Positions 52,333-61,832 of a DNA stretch of 64,000 nucleotides are shown here, in pieces. The notes below the pieces were generated by a model that worked only from the letters and a program-made list of their open reading frames with translations, did not search any database and was not told where the DNA came from. Location: positions 35,281-99,280 of the forward strand of contig CAYJKF010000005.1 of the NCBI GenBank assembly GCA_964370865.1, written 5' to 3'. The number at the start of each line of letters is the position of its first letter. Within the stretch, counting starts at the first letter, position 1. Both the position numbers and the translations under genes were made by a program. This DNA comes from an uncultured Candidatus Saccharibacteria bacterium (GTDB taxonomy: Bacteria; Patescibacteriota; WWE3; 2-01-FULL-39-13).

Positions 52333-53667
52333 ATGACAATAGAACTCCAAGACAAATTATATACTTCAACTCAGGTAGCAGATATTTTAGGCGTAAGCTT
52401 AAGAACACTATATAGATATATGGAAGACGGACGTATTCAGTCAATGCGCACCGCATCTGGACGACACCGTTTTACAAAAGATCAGATAATCGATTTTCTG
52501 AATGCTGGAAATTTGTCTCCATTAGACATTGAGAGGCCGTCCACATATGCGACAAGAAGCGATAGTCAACCGGTACAAAATAACAGCAACTTAAACCAAG
52601 TGCCACAATCCACACTAACTCATAATCTAGGTTTTGGACAACAGGATAACCAAGCTGGACAGCACTCGCCTTACAATGACTTGAATTCAAGCTATGGAAA
52701 TGTTGCACCTGGTGGTCAACCTAATGTCTCAACAATGCCCGAAACATTTATGCCACAACAGCCAACTCATACACCAAATAGCGACAATTTTTCAAACAAT
52801 TCATTTTTTAATAGAGCTAATAGTGGTATGCAAACAATGGCACCAACAAGTGATCCATTTTCAGATTTCGATGATGAACCATTAGATATAAATAACAACA
52901 ACACTCAAGGGCAGAATAGTCAGGTAAACGTTGGTAATCCATTTAATGAATTTGGTGTACCCAATGCAACAGAACCAGCTGTCCCAAATACTAGCAAATT
53001 CAATTCTGACTTTGATTTTAGTGATCCTGTAGTAGAGCCAAAATTCGAAACGCCACAACCCAGGAGAGCGGAAGAAACACCAACTGATTTTAGGAATGAT
53101 TTCAAAGAAATAAATCAGGAAACTGAAGTTCGTACACAGCAAAGCCAAGTGAGTGAAACAGTGAGACAACAGTCACAGTTTCAACCAGCGGCACAACCAC
53201 AGACAGGTGGATTTGGGTTGGGTATGCCTCAACAGCAACCTGCTGCAGCTCCGGAGTTAGTAGACTTAGGGTCTCAATTAAATATTAGGTATTATAAAAG
53301 TGAACACTCCGACTTAATTGAACTAGCTCGTAAGATTAAAGATGTATCGAAGGCACGAGATTTAGAGTATGCCTTCACTTTATATGCTGGATTATCTTTA
53401 CATTTCTTGATTGATCCGTTTACTATTTTACATTTCTATGCAAATCCAGAGGATATGCAAATATGGAAAGAAGACTTAAAGTTATCTCCTGTAAGCAGAA
53501 AGGAAGATGCTAATGTTGGTGTAATAATTAATACAGATATTGTATTTGCTCCAACACGTGAAATCGCAACATTTAAAGTTGTTGACGACAAAATCTTGCT
53601 AAGAGATTTATCTGAAGTAAGAGAAGAAAATCTAATAAGAAGATTCAGAGAACAGTTAAATTCATAG
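52333..53667 (+). CDS. Putative DNA-binding regulator: an N-terminal MerR/excisionase-type HTH, a long Q/N/P/S-rich disordered region, and a C-terminal globular domain.
   Basis: TSTQVADILGVSLRTLYRYMEDGRIQSMRTASGRHRF matches the HTH_17/MerR-like fold. About 250 aa of prion-like low complexity. A C-terminal domain of about 130 aa. Confidence 0.5.
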   Translation: MTIELQDKLYTSTQVADILGVSLRTLYRYMEDGRIQSMRTASGRHRFTKDQIIDFLNAGNLSPLDIERPSTYATRSDSQPVQNNSNLNQVPQSTLTHNLGFGQQDNQAGQHSPYNDLNSSYGNVAPGGQPNVSTMPETFMPQQPTHTPNSDNFSNNSFFNRANSGMQTMAPTSDPFSDFDDEPLDINNNNTQGQNSQVNVGNPFNEFGVPNATEPAVPNTSKFNSDFDFSDPVVEPKFETPQPRRAEETPTDFRNDFKEINQETEVRTQQSQVSETVRQQSQFQPAAQPQTGGFGLGMPQQQPAAAPELVDLGSQLNIRYYKSEHSDLIELARKIKDVSKARDLEYAFTLYAGLSLHFLIDPFTILHFYANPEDMQIWKEDLKLSPVSRKEDANVGVIINTDIVFAPTREIATFKVVDDKILLRDLSEVREENLIRRFREQLNS

Positions 53668-53689
53668 GGAAAAAAAGACTGGAATAGCG

Positions 53690-53718
53690 TTGACTTTTCG
53701 TATTATAGGCTGTATACT
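53690..53718 (+). promoter_or_regulatory. Strong candidate sigma70 promoter (TTGACT, 17-nt spacer, TATACT) driving a leader of about 270 nt before glgA.
   Basis: Near-consensus -35 and -10 boxes with optimal spacing. Confidence 0.5.
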
Positions 53719-53886
53719 ACACCACGAGTACATTGATCTTACAACGTTCTTGTATAGAACCCACCTGCGAAGACGGTGGTTATATAACATTTGGAATGAA
53801 AGCGGGAATTATCCTTTTTATTTTTCCTAGTTTTATTTCATTCCCAAGCCGTTTTGCGGATGGGTTTTATACACGAACACAAACTG

Positions 53887-53961
53887 GTGGGCAAAGATCC
53901 GCTTCTTACCTGGAAAGTGACTGGGCAGGACACTTACTTGGGGAAGCGGATCTTTGCCCAC
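53887..53961 (+). promoter_or_regulatory. Perfect 19-bp stem hairpin with a 37-nt structured loop inside the glgA leader; a candidate cis-regulatory RNA or ncRNA.
   Basis: GTGGGCAAAGATCCGCTTC ... GAAGCGGATCTTTGCCCAC. Additional upstream hairpins lie at 53761-53779 (CCACC/GGTGG) and 53793-53844 (GGAATGAAA/TTTCATTCC). Confidence 0.5.
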
Positions 53962-53993
53962 TTTTGTTATACGCACTATGTTAAACTTTCGTT

Positions 53994-55574
53994 ATGGCTC
54001 GAAGACTAAATCATAACGTCGACAGAAATAGTTTTGCAGTACCACAGGTTATGGATAAAAAGAAAAGCACTAAACTCAAAATAATTCACATAGCAGCAGA
54101 AGCTGCGCCTTTTTCTACCGTTGGTGGAATGAGTAGTGTTATCACTTACTTGTCTCGAACCTTATCGAAAGAGGGGCACGATGTAAGTATCTTCATGCCG
54201 AAGTTCGGATTTATAGATGAAAAGACATATCCACTAGAACTCGTACATAAAGGACTAAAGGTTCCAACTGGACATACGAAAGATCCTAACTTTCCTTCGC
54301 ACTTGATATGCAATGTTAAACGATATGTTGCAGAAGACGGTGTTTCATTCTATTTCTTAGAAAATATGGAATATTATGAGAAACGGTCTAATGTTTACAA
54401 TTATTCGGATGATTATTTAAGATGGGCATTATTATCATATGGATCATTACAATATATTTGTAATCATATGGATAAGGAGCCAGACATTATACATGTCCAT
54501 GACTGGCATACAGCCTTAGTTCCCAATATCGTATTTAAAGAATATCGAACCAAAGGTTGTTTTGAAAAAACTTCATGTGTTTTAACTATTCACAATATAT
54601 CATTTCAAGGACAGTCAATTGACCCTGGAAGCGAATTAAACTTCGACGATGGTAAGTCAAGAGTTCCAGCATTTTATAGCGACAGATTAAAAAATTTAAA
54701 TTTCTTAAGAAGAGGAATCATATATTCTGACATCGTTAATACAGTTTCGGAGGGATATGCTCGTCAAATTTTGACACAGTCATATGGATGTGGACTTGAA
54801 ATCTTATTAATGGAGCTCAGATCGAAGCTTTTTGGAATTATAAATGGAATTGATTATGTGAAATTCGATCCACAGAATGATCCATTCTTAGAGGCAAACT
54901 TTTCAATCAATACAGTCGAAAAAAGATTAATTAATAAAAGAAAATTACAAAAGGAATTCAATCTAGAGCAAGAGGATGGTGTACCAATCTTTGCCTTTGT
55001 TGGTCGCTTAGATCATCAAAAAGGCGTAGATTTAATGATTGAAGTTGTCGAGAAATTTTTAAAAGATTTTAACGCACAGTTTGTATTAATAGGTTCGGGA
55101 GATATGGAGCTTGAAAAAGCGGCTAAACGCCTTGGAGAAAAATTTCCTAAAAAAGTCGGAGCCCATACATATCCTAATTTTACTTTGCCTAAATTAGTCT
55201 TTGGAGGTGCTGATATGCTATTAATGCCTTCACGATTTGAACCTTGTGGAATAGTGCAGATGGAATCAATGAGATATGGAGCGATTCCAATTGTTAGAGC
55301 AACCGGTGGTTTGGATGATACAGTTGAGGATTTTAATCCTTCAGATTTAACTGGTAATGGATTTAAATTTAAAGATTTTGATGGATGGTCACTATATGGC
55401 CAAATGGTCAGAGCACAAGAGACATACAGAAATAAAACAGTATGGAAACAAATTCAACTAAATGCAATGTCTACTGACTTTTCTTGGGATAATATTGCAG
55501 ATAAATATATAGCTCTATACAATAAGGCTATTCACTTTAAGAAAGAAGGTTATTTTAATAAAAATCTAGAATAA
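53994..55574 (+). CDS. glgA: Glycogen/starch synthase-like GT5 glycosyltransferase. The true start may be the ATG at 54049.
   Basis: An N-terminal KIIHIAAEAAPFSTVGGMSSV (KxGG ADP-glucose binding region). A GT-B fold. A C-terminal E-x7-E-like region (LLMPSRFEPCGIVQMESMRYGAIPIV). Confidence 0.8.
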   Translation: MARRLNHNVDRNSFAVPQVMDKKKSTKLKIIHIAAEAAPFSTVGGMSSVITYLSRTLSKEGHDVSIFMPKFGFIDEKTYPLELVHKGLKVPTGHTKDPNFPSHLICNVKRYVAEDGVSFYFLENMEYYEKRSNVYNYSDDYLRWALLSYGSLQYICNHMDKEPDIIHVHDWHTALVPNIVFKEYRTKGCFEKTSCVLTIHNISFQGQSIDPGSELNFDDGKSRVPAFYSDRLKNLNFLRRGIIYSDIVNTVSEGYARQILTQSYGCGLEILLMELRSKLFGIINGIDYVKFDPQNDPFLEANFSINTVEKRLINKRKLQKEFNLEQEDGVPIFAFVGRLDHQKGVDLMIEVVEKFLKDFNAQFVLIGSGDMELEKAAKRLGEKFPKKVGAHTYPNFTLPKLVFGGADMLLMPSRFEPCGIVQMESMRYGAIPIVRATGGLDDTVEDFNPSDLTGNGFKFKDFDGWSLYGQMVRAQETYRNKTVWKQIQLNAMSTDFSWDNIADKYIALYNKAIHFKKEGYFNKNLE

Positions 55575-57121
55575 TGAATTGGGCACACTTTCTACACATA
55601 TATCAACCTGCAGACCAACACCCTGGCATTTTAGACAAAATAGCAAACGAATCATACAGGCCCTTAATTAGAGGATTATATAAAACTCCAAATGCAAAAA
55701 TTACATTAAATATTAATGCTGTTTTAGCAGAATTACTCTTTGAACATGGATTTAGAGATGTCGTCGATGGAATAAAAGACTTAGTGGAAATGGGTAAAGT
55801 TGAGCTTACCGGGTCGGCCAAATTCCACGCCTTTTTACCTTTATTACCTGAATCAGAGTTAGAGCGACAAATCGTTCTTAATCATGAAACAAATAAGCGT
55901 TTTTTTGGGGATTCCTTTAATCCAAAAGGATTTTTTCCACCTGAAATGGCATATAGTCCTAAAGTTGCAGGTGTAGTTAAAAAATTAGGATACGAATGGA
56001 TACTTGTAGATGAAGTGTCTGTATTTGGTGTATCAGAAGCAGAAAGACGAGATGTTTTGTATCAAATTAAAGACCTAGGTTTAAAGGTGTTCTTCAGAGA
56101 AAAACGCGCAAGCAACATAATAATGGGGGCATTAGTCAGGTCAAATGAATCCTTAGAAAGAGCGATGGGTGACGTGACGAATTCCAATAATTATGTCATT
56201 ACGGCTATGGATGGTGAGACATTTGGTCATCATAGGCCTGGATTGGACCTAGCATTATTTGAAATTTTAGGTAATTCTAGGTTTCCTTGTGTTAGGATTT
56301 CGGACTTATTGACTCTTTATACAGATGTTAAAGAGGTCGTTCCCATGGATTGTACTTGGGCCACAAGTGTTAAAGATGCATTAGCAGGTAATCCATATAA
56401 TCTTTGGTTAGATCAACAAAATCCTATACATAAAAATGAATGGCAACTTGCTGAGCATGCCATAAAGCTAGTAAATGAATCCGAATATTCGGACTCTAAA
56501 ATGCCCAAACTTTTAGAAGAGTCCAAAAACTGGGATCAAATGACAGATGAAGAAAAGAGTAGGGAAGAAAAAAAGAGGAGATGGTTAAAGTGTAGAGATG
56601 CACTAGATCGAGCTTTAAATAGCGATCCGTGGTGGTGGGCAAGTGCTAAACCATGGTGGAGTGTGGAAATGATTGAAAAAGGGATGTTTTCGTTGTATAA
56701 AGTCGTTAATGAATTGCCTGATGTCTCTTCGGGGGATTTAGAAATAGCCGAAGACTTATATAAGAAAATTTTATTTGTAGCTCATGACTGGCAAAGAACT
56801 GGTAAAGTCGATCAATTTGCAAAAGAAGAATCCGCAGAGAGGCGTATTCCATTATCCAAAAGATTCAACGCGGAGCCATATTACCACGCATTGTTAGATG
56901 CTCTAAAGCTTGAAGAAGAACGTGCTATAAGTAATAGGGAATACGAGCAAGCAATAAAATGGAGAGATTCTATTTACAAGTTAGAAAAAGATTTAGATAT
57001 ATATGATGCAGTTCATATTATGGATTTGTTTAGAGCAGAAGCAGATATATCTAAGTTTGAGGAATTTCTAAAAGAATATAAAGAAAAGTATAATATCTTG
57101 TCCAAAGGCCAGCCCGAGTAA
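55574..57121 (+). CDS. Glycoside hydrolase family 57 enzyme (alpha-glucan branching enzyme or 4-alpha-glucanotransferase type).
   Basis: GH57 conserved regions: HIYQP; GKVELTGSAKFHAFLPLL; AMDGETFGHH (catalytic region). Confidence 0.7.
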   Translation: MNWAHFLHIYQPADQHPGILDKIANESYRPLIRGLYKTPNAKITLNINAVLAELLFEHGFRDVVDGIKDLVEMGKVELTGSAKFHAFLPLLPESELERQIVLNHETNKRFFGDSFNPKGFFPPEMAYSPKVAGVVKKLGYEWILVDEVSVFGVSEAERRDVLYQIKDLGLKVFFREKRASNIIMGALVRSNESLERAMGDVTNSNNYVITAMDGETFGHHRPGLDLALFEILGNSRFPCVRISDLLTLYTDVKEVVPMDCTWATSVKDALAGNPYNLWLDQQNPIHKNEWQLAEHAIKLVNESEYSDSKMPKLLEESKNWDQMTDEEKSREEKKRRWLKCRDALDRALNSDPWWWASAKPWWSVEMIEKGMFSLYKVVNELPDVSSGDLEIAEDLYKKILFVAHDWQRTGKVDQFAKEESAERRIPLSKRFNAEPYYHALLDALKLEEERAISNREYEQAIKWRDSIYKLEKDLDIYDAVHIMDLFRAEADISKFEEFLKEYKEKYNILSKGQPE

Positions 57122-57138
57122 ATTGTTAGCAAATCACA

Positions 57139-58896
57139 ATGACAAAAACAGACCAAGTGAGTTCGATTGCTCTCAAATACGGGTATGAAATTGAAGAGAT
57201 AATTAGGACACCTGATGGTGGTTCTAGACGATCTTATGTTGTGTTTTTAAAGGACAAGGACGGTAAAAAATTCACAATGAAGATGTTTGAGTCGAGTGAC
57301 CAGTGGGCCCTCGAAAGGTTTTTGAAAGAAATCAAGAATATTCGCTTTATAAGATCAAATATTCCTAACAAATATAAGAGTTGGATTCCTAAAATTATCA
57401 CTTATTCAACTAAAGAAGAGAATCCATTCTACATATATGACCAGATTGCAGGTAATCAATTAGGTTCTTTTGTTTTCGATTATGGAATAGTGTGGGGGAG
57501 TTTTCACCATGCCAATTTTGATTTATTTATTAAATTTTTTGATGAGTTAGCAAAAATAGATTACTCAAAGGAAAACTTTCCTAAGTGGGGGAGTCGTTTA
57601 GCTAGAAAAGAGCTTCAATATTATTTCGAACAAGTAGAGAGGTTACTGCCATCAGACTTATATGATCGTATACAAGCTTTTTACGAGCGATATCATATGT
57701 ATGTATCAAAATCACAAGTGTTATCCCATAGAGATCTTTACCCAGAAAATATATTAATAAAAGCCGCAGGTTCTAAACAATTCACTTTTATTGACTGGGA
57801 ATATTTAAGTCTAGTTCCTATTGGATATGATGCTGCGTTTCTTTTCTTATCATTTTGGAGAGAGGAATATTGGAAATCTAAAGTATTTGCTCATTTTTAC
57901 AATAGATACAAAGACGACCCTAAATTACGACGTGAATTTTTAATTTCATTTAGGTTTTGTTTAATCATTTTAGCAACCAGATTTTTATATCAAATGCACA
58001 CCTATGGCGAAAAGAAAGGTAATGCTGAGCGAAATGCACACTTATCATTCATTTACGATTTAGAACATGCACTAACCGGCGATATTGTTAAGCCCCGCAA
58101 TATTAAGTTCTATGTGTCAAACAGTGACATTCAGCATGTGTGCGACTTATATAATATTGGAACTGTTAAAAGTTACGAAATTTTCTATGCGAGCAAAGGA
58201 AATACCGTAGCGAAGGTAATTACCGATCTAGACTCGTTTATTTTAAGGTTTTATTCACAATCTAGATCCTCCAACTTGATAAAGAGAGAGTTGGGTATTT
58301 TTGAAAAACTTAGAGATAGTGGAATTAATACATATAATCTCTACAAAACCTCAGAAGGAAATCTATATTCAGAAATAGAATTTTATGGAAAGAAAAGAAG
58401 AATTGCAGTTTTATCTTATTTACCGGGTAATAAACTTAGCCATGTTTGGGCTGATGAAAAAGCCATAACCGCTGCTGGTCGAATGTTAAGAAGGATTCAT
58501 GACAATAACATTATTCATGGTGACTACAGTAAGGAAAATGTCTTGTTTAGTAAGAATAAATTAACCGGTGTCATCGATTTTGAATGGGGGCGTTTTACAA
58601 AATCAAAAGACGCGAAATATCATGACTTAGCAAAGGCTATTGCATTATGGCTTGTTGATACAAGGTGTAAGAAACTTACAGACGATGTGTTTATTACGAC
58701 ATTTCTCGAGGGCTATTTTTATGATAAGAAAACGAAGAATTTTAATAAAATATTAGAAATAACTTTACAAAAAATAGAAAACGAACGCTCAATATTTATG
58801 ACTACGTTGGATACAAATGCCAGTAAGGATTCTGGAAGAAGATTTAATTCGGCTAATAAGACTGTTTCAGAGCTGTTGCTTTCTTATAAAGGGTAA
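57139..58896 (+). CDS. Tandem double APH/ChoK-like (protein-kinase-like fold) small-molecule kinase, a possible sugar (malto-)kinase.
   Basis: Two complete PKL cores. Domain 1 has HRDLYPENIL plus IDWEY. Domain 2 has IIHGDYSKENVLF plus IDFEW. Both keep the Brenner HxDxxxxN motif and a D-x-E/DFG-like Mg-binding motif. Confidence 0.55.
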   Translation: MTKTDQVSSIALKYGYEIEEIIRTPDGGSRRSYVVFLKDKDGKKFTMKMFESSDQWALERFLKEIKNIRFIRSNIPNKYKSWIPKIITYSTKEENPFYIYDQIAGNQLGSFVFDYGIVWGSFHHANFDLFIKFFDELAKIDYSKENFPKWGSRLARKELQYYFEQVERLLPSDLYDRIQAFYERYHMYVSKSQVLSHRDLYPENILIKAAGSKQFTFIDWEYLSLVPIGYDAAFLFLSFWREEYWKSKVFAHFYNRYKDDPKLRREFLISFRFCLIILATRFLYQMHTYGEKKGNAERNAHLSFIYDLEHALTGDIVKPRNIKFYVSNSDIQHVCDLYNIGTVKSYEIFYASKGNTVAKVITDLDSFILRFYSQSRSSNLIKRELGIFEKLRDSGINTYNLYKTSEGNLYSEIEFYGKKRRIAVLSYLPGNKLSHVWADEKAITAAGRMLRRIHDNNIIHGDYSKENVLFSKNKLTGVIDFEWGRFTKSKDAKYHDLAKAIALWLVDTRCKKLTDDVFITTFLEGYFYDKKTKNFNKILEITLQKIENERSIFMTTLDTNASKDSGRRFNSANKTVSELLLSYKG

Positions 58897-60340
58897 TATA
58901 TTTTTTAGCACTTTCTTTCCAGCTGTAGTCTTGGTTTGCTCCATTTATCATAATTTTTTCCCATTTAGTTTTGTTAGTTGAATAGTCAAAAAAGGCTCGT
59001 TTTAAAGCCTTAAGCATATCAACTTTACTAAATCCAGTGTAAACATACCCGGTTACATTCTCTTCAACGGTGTCGTATAACCCTCCGGTGCCTCTTACTA
59101 CAGGTACAGATCCATACTTCATCGCTATCATTTGTGTAAGGCCACAAGGTTCATATCTTGATGGAATTAAAAACATATCAGAAGCGGCATAAATTTGTCT
59201 TGCTGTTTTCTCTGAAAAGGTAATTAGTGCTTTATATCGTTTGTTAAATTGAGTTTTTGAATTATATTCCTTAAAAATCATCTCAAGTTGTGGATCACCA
59301 GTGCCTAAGATTACGACTGAATAACCCATTTCCATTATTTCATCAAGAGATTCGGCTACTAAATCTAAACCTTTTTGATGCGCTAGTCTGCTAATTATTC
59401 CAAGTAAAGGTCTATTTGAGACTTCTAAACCTAAACTTTTCATCAGTGCTTCTTTATTCTTTTGTTTACCAGCCTTAATGTCGCTTGTGCTGTATTGAAA
59501 TTGTAATTCCCTATCTGTCATTGGATTAAAGACTTCGTAGCTTATTCCGTTTAATATGCCCTCAAGTCTTGCTTCACGTACATTTAAGATATCGTGTAAT
59601 CCTTCTCCGAATTCTGGTGTTTGTATTTCTTCTGAATATTTTTTAGAAACAGTGGTTATGTAGTCCGATCCAACGATACCTTGTAGAACAAAATCTAAAT
59701 TATCGTCTTCTGCATCCCATTTTAGAGTTCGGTCATTTTTAATATCTAATTCTAATTTAGAAGCGACTTCAAGTTTACTAAAACCCTGATAGGCGAGATT
59801 GTGAATCGTAAAAACTGTTCTTGGTTGATCTGGAACATCCCTAAACCTGCCTATGCTTTGTAATACTTGTGGAACCATTCCCGTGTGCCAATCGTTACAG
59901 TGGATTATATCGGGATAGAATATTTTATTTGGAGTTCCGAAGTATTGTCCAATTACCTTGCTAAACAAGGCAAACCGTTCTAATTCAGCTTCTGGGCTGG
60001 CCATGGTTTCTGGTGAAAAATATATTCCTCCATTAGAGATCAAATCATCGTTTTTAATTAGGTAAACAAGAATTTCGGTTCCAGGGAGGAATGTTGTATA
60101 AATTTGTACTTTTAAGTTTTTTTGGCCGTACTTTACCTGGATATCATCAATTTTGTCAATTTTAATATTAGAAGCTTGTGGAGATAGCATTCTATCTGCG
60201 AGGTCTTTGTAGAATGGGATTACAATTCGAACATCAATTCCATATTGAGTTAGTGCGATAGGAAGGCTTCCGACTACATCAGCAACTCCTCCAACTTTAA
60301 CGAGTGGAGAACATTCGGATGCGGCAAGAAGTACTTTCAT
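58853..60340 (-). CDS. Second glycogen synthase-like GT5 glycosyltransferase.
   Basis: An N-terminal MKVLLAASECSPLVKVGGVADV (KVGG). C-terminal LIPSRYEPCGLTQMIAMKYGSVPVV. A 44-nt convergent overlap with the kinase gene. Confidence 0.8.
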   Translation of the reverse strand: MKVLLAASECSPLVKVGGVADVVGSLPIALTQYGIDVRIVIPFYKDLADRMLSPQASNIKIDKIDDIQVKYGQKNLKVQIYTTFLPGTEILVYLIKNDDLISNGGIYFSPETMASPEAELERFALFSKVIGQYFGTPNKIFYPDIIHCNDWHTGMVPQVLQSIGRFRDVPDQPRTVFTIHNLAYQGFSKLEVASKLELDIKNDRTLKWDAEDDNLDFVLQGIVGSDYITTVSKKYSEEIQTPEFGEGLHDILNVREARLEGILNGISYEVFNPMTDRELQFQYSTSDIKAGKQKNKEALMKSLGLEVSNRPLLGIISRLAHQKGLDLVAESLDEIMEMGYSVVILGTGDPQLEMIFKEYNSKTQFNKRYKALITFSEKTARQIYAASDMFLIPSRYEPCGLTQMIAMKYGSVPVVRGTGGLYDTVEENVTGYVYTGFSKVDMLKALKRAFFDYSTNKTKWEKIMINGANQDYSWKESAKKYITLYKKATALKQSY

Positions 60341-60385
60341 ATTTAGGATTTTACTATTGATTGGTATATCGGTATAGTATTAATA

Positions 60386-61180
60386 ATGTCTGTATATCGA
60401 GTATTCCTTATTGTTTCGGCATTTTTTGTCTCATTTATTTTTTCAGGTTTGCCAGTTAAATCTCAAAGCCCTGAACCTGCGGTGAATGAATCATCACTAG
60501 GAGTTGCAAGTTTCTATCCTATTTCTGAACCCGTCACAGAAGGTGATATTATAATTATCCAAAATAATACATATGTTAAATCGCAAAAAGAATATGAAGA
60601 AAATATTTTTGGTGTAGTAACTCTAAAGCCGGCGATATCAATTGATCCTCAAATAGAGAATACATACCCTATTACTCGGGACGGTGAGATTTTGGTTAAT
60701 GTTTCGAATGTAAATGGTGAGATTCTACCAGGGGACTATATTACGACATCAAGTGTGCCTGGAGTTGGAATGAAAATGAAAAGAGATTCTTTTTCTCTGG
60801 GAATAGCAAGACAAGCTCTTACTGAAATTGATGAAAATGGAATTGGAAAAATAATAGTTGAGGTCAGGCCACGATTTTTATATATAAATGCTGATGTTTC
60901 AAAAAATAAAACATTTATTAAACCGATTTTTGACAGAGCTTCTGGTGGAAATTCTTCTTATAGCCTTCCTCGATATATTATAGGAGGTTTGATTGCCCTC
61001 GCAGCCTTAGTTTTTCTTGTGCTTAATATTAAAAAGATTGCTCAGCAAGGTTTAGCATCGATAGGAAGGAATCCACTTGCAAGTAAAATGATAATTTTTA
61101 GTGTCATAATAAACCTTAGTATCACACTAGTTGTTACCCTTCTTGGAATTGGGTTGGCTTATTTGGTGTTTGCCCTCTGA
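60386..61180 (+). CDS. Secreted/membrane hypothetical protein ending in a two-helix TM hairpin that resembles an ATP synthase c subunit.
   Basis: A signal peptide. A soluble domain of about 190 aa. C-terminal helices joined by GLASIGRNPLA (compare the c-subunit loop GAARQP[D/E]) and ending GIGLAYLVFAL (compare GLGLYVMFA). No conserved carboxylate in helix 2. Confidence 0.3.
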   Translation: MSVYRVFLIVSAFFVSFIFSGLPVKSQSPEPAVNESSLGVASFYPISEPVTEGDIIIIQNNTYVKSQKEYEENIFGVVTLKPAISIDPQIENTYPITRDGEILVNVSNVNGEILPGDYITTSSVPGVGMKMKRDSFSLGIARQALTEIDENGIGKIIVEVRPRFLYINADVSKNKTFIKPIFDRASGGNSSYSLPRYIIGGLIALAALVFLVLNIKKIAQQGLASIGRNPLASKMIIFSVIINLSITLVVTLLGIGLAYLVFAL

Positions 61181-61208
61181 TTATTGTGTATAATTTTGGT
61201 AACTGCCT

Positions 61209-61826
61209 ATGATAGATCTCGATTTACAATATATTTTAATACTTCTTAATTTTTTCCTATTAATTGTTATATTTTTCTATGCGTTTTATTTGTACCGCAT
61301 TGAGAAAAAGGTCAAACAAAAATATGCAGATTTAACGAATAAATCTCAACAAATAATTGAGGAGGCTAATAAAAAAGCCGTAGAAATTTTACAAAAATCC
61401 GAATTTATAAGTGAAAATCTAAAGGGAGAAATCACCAATAACTTCGAAGCTATTTTATCTCACATTAAGACTCAAAACGCAGATTTCTATAAAGAATGGC
61501 AAACCGATTACCTCGCTAATTCTGACAAAATGATTGAGGAGATGAAAGCTAAAGGTCAATCAGATTTAGAGAAAATTTCAAATAAAGCGATAGAGACACA
61601 AGAGACTCTAGAAACAAAACTTGGTGAAGAATTTAACAAAGCAAAGGTCGAAATCGACACTTTTAAGTCACAAAAAGCACAAGAATACACAGAGAAATTA
61701 TCCGATGCTATTAAACGAATTTCAAAAGAAAAATTTTACGTGAATTTACCTTTAGATATTCATAAGAAAATCGTTGTCGAGACAGTTGAATTGGCTTTAA
61801 AAGAAGTTGAAGCCAGTACGGAATAA
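61209..61826 (+). CDS. atpF: F-type ATP synthase subunit b-like (one N-terminal TM helix plus a long charged coiled coil).
   Basis: The architecture and its position immediately upstream of the delta and alpha genes. No strict motif. Confidence 0.45.
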   Translation: MIDLDLQYILILLNFFLLIVIFFYAFYLYRIEKKVKQKYADLTNKSQQIIEEANKKAVEILQKSEFISENLKGEITNNFEAILSHIKTQNADFYKEWQTDYLANSDKMIEEMKAKGQSDLEKISNKAIETQETLETKLGEEFNKAKVEIDTFKSQKAQEYTEKLSDAIKRISKEKFYVNLPLDIHKKIVVETVELALKEVEASTE

Positions 61827-61832
61827 ATCTAA

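Noticed and set aside
53887-53961. SRP (4.5S) RNA or tmRNA hypothesis for the 19-bp hairpin.
   Set aside because: There is no domain IV consensus (GGAA tetraloop context, AGCAGCC) and no tRNA-like T-arm or CCA end.
53733-53984. The 83-aa ORF in the glgA leader.
   Set aside because: It coincides with the strongly structured hairpin region and has no RBS. It is more plausibly non-coding RNA structure.
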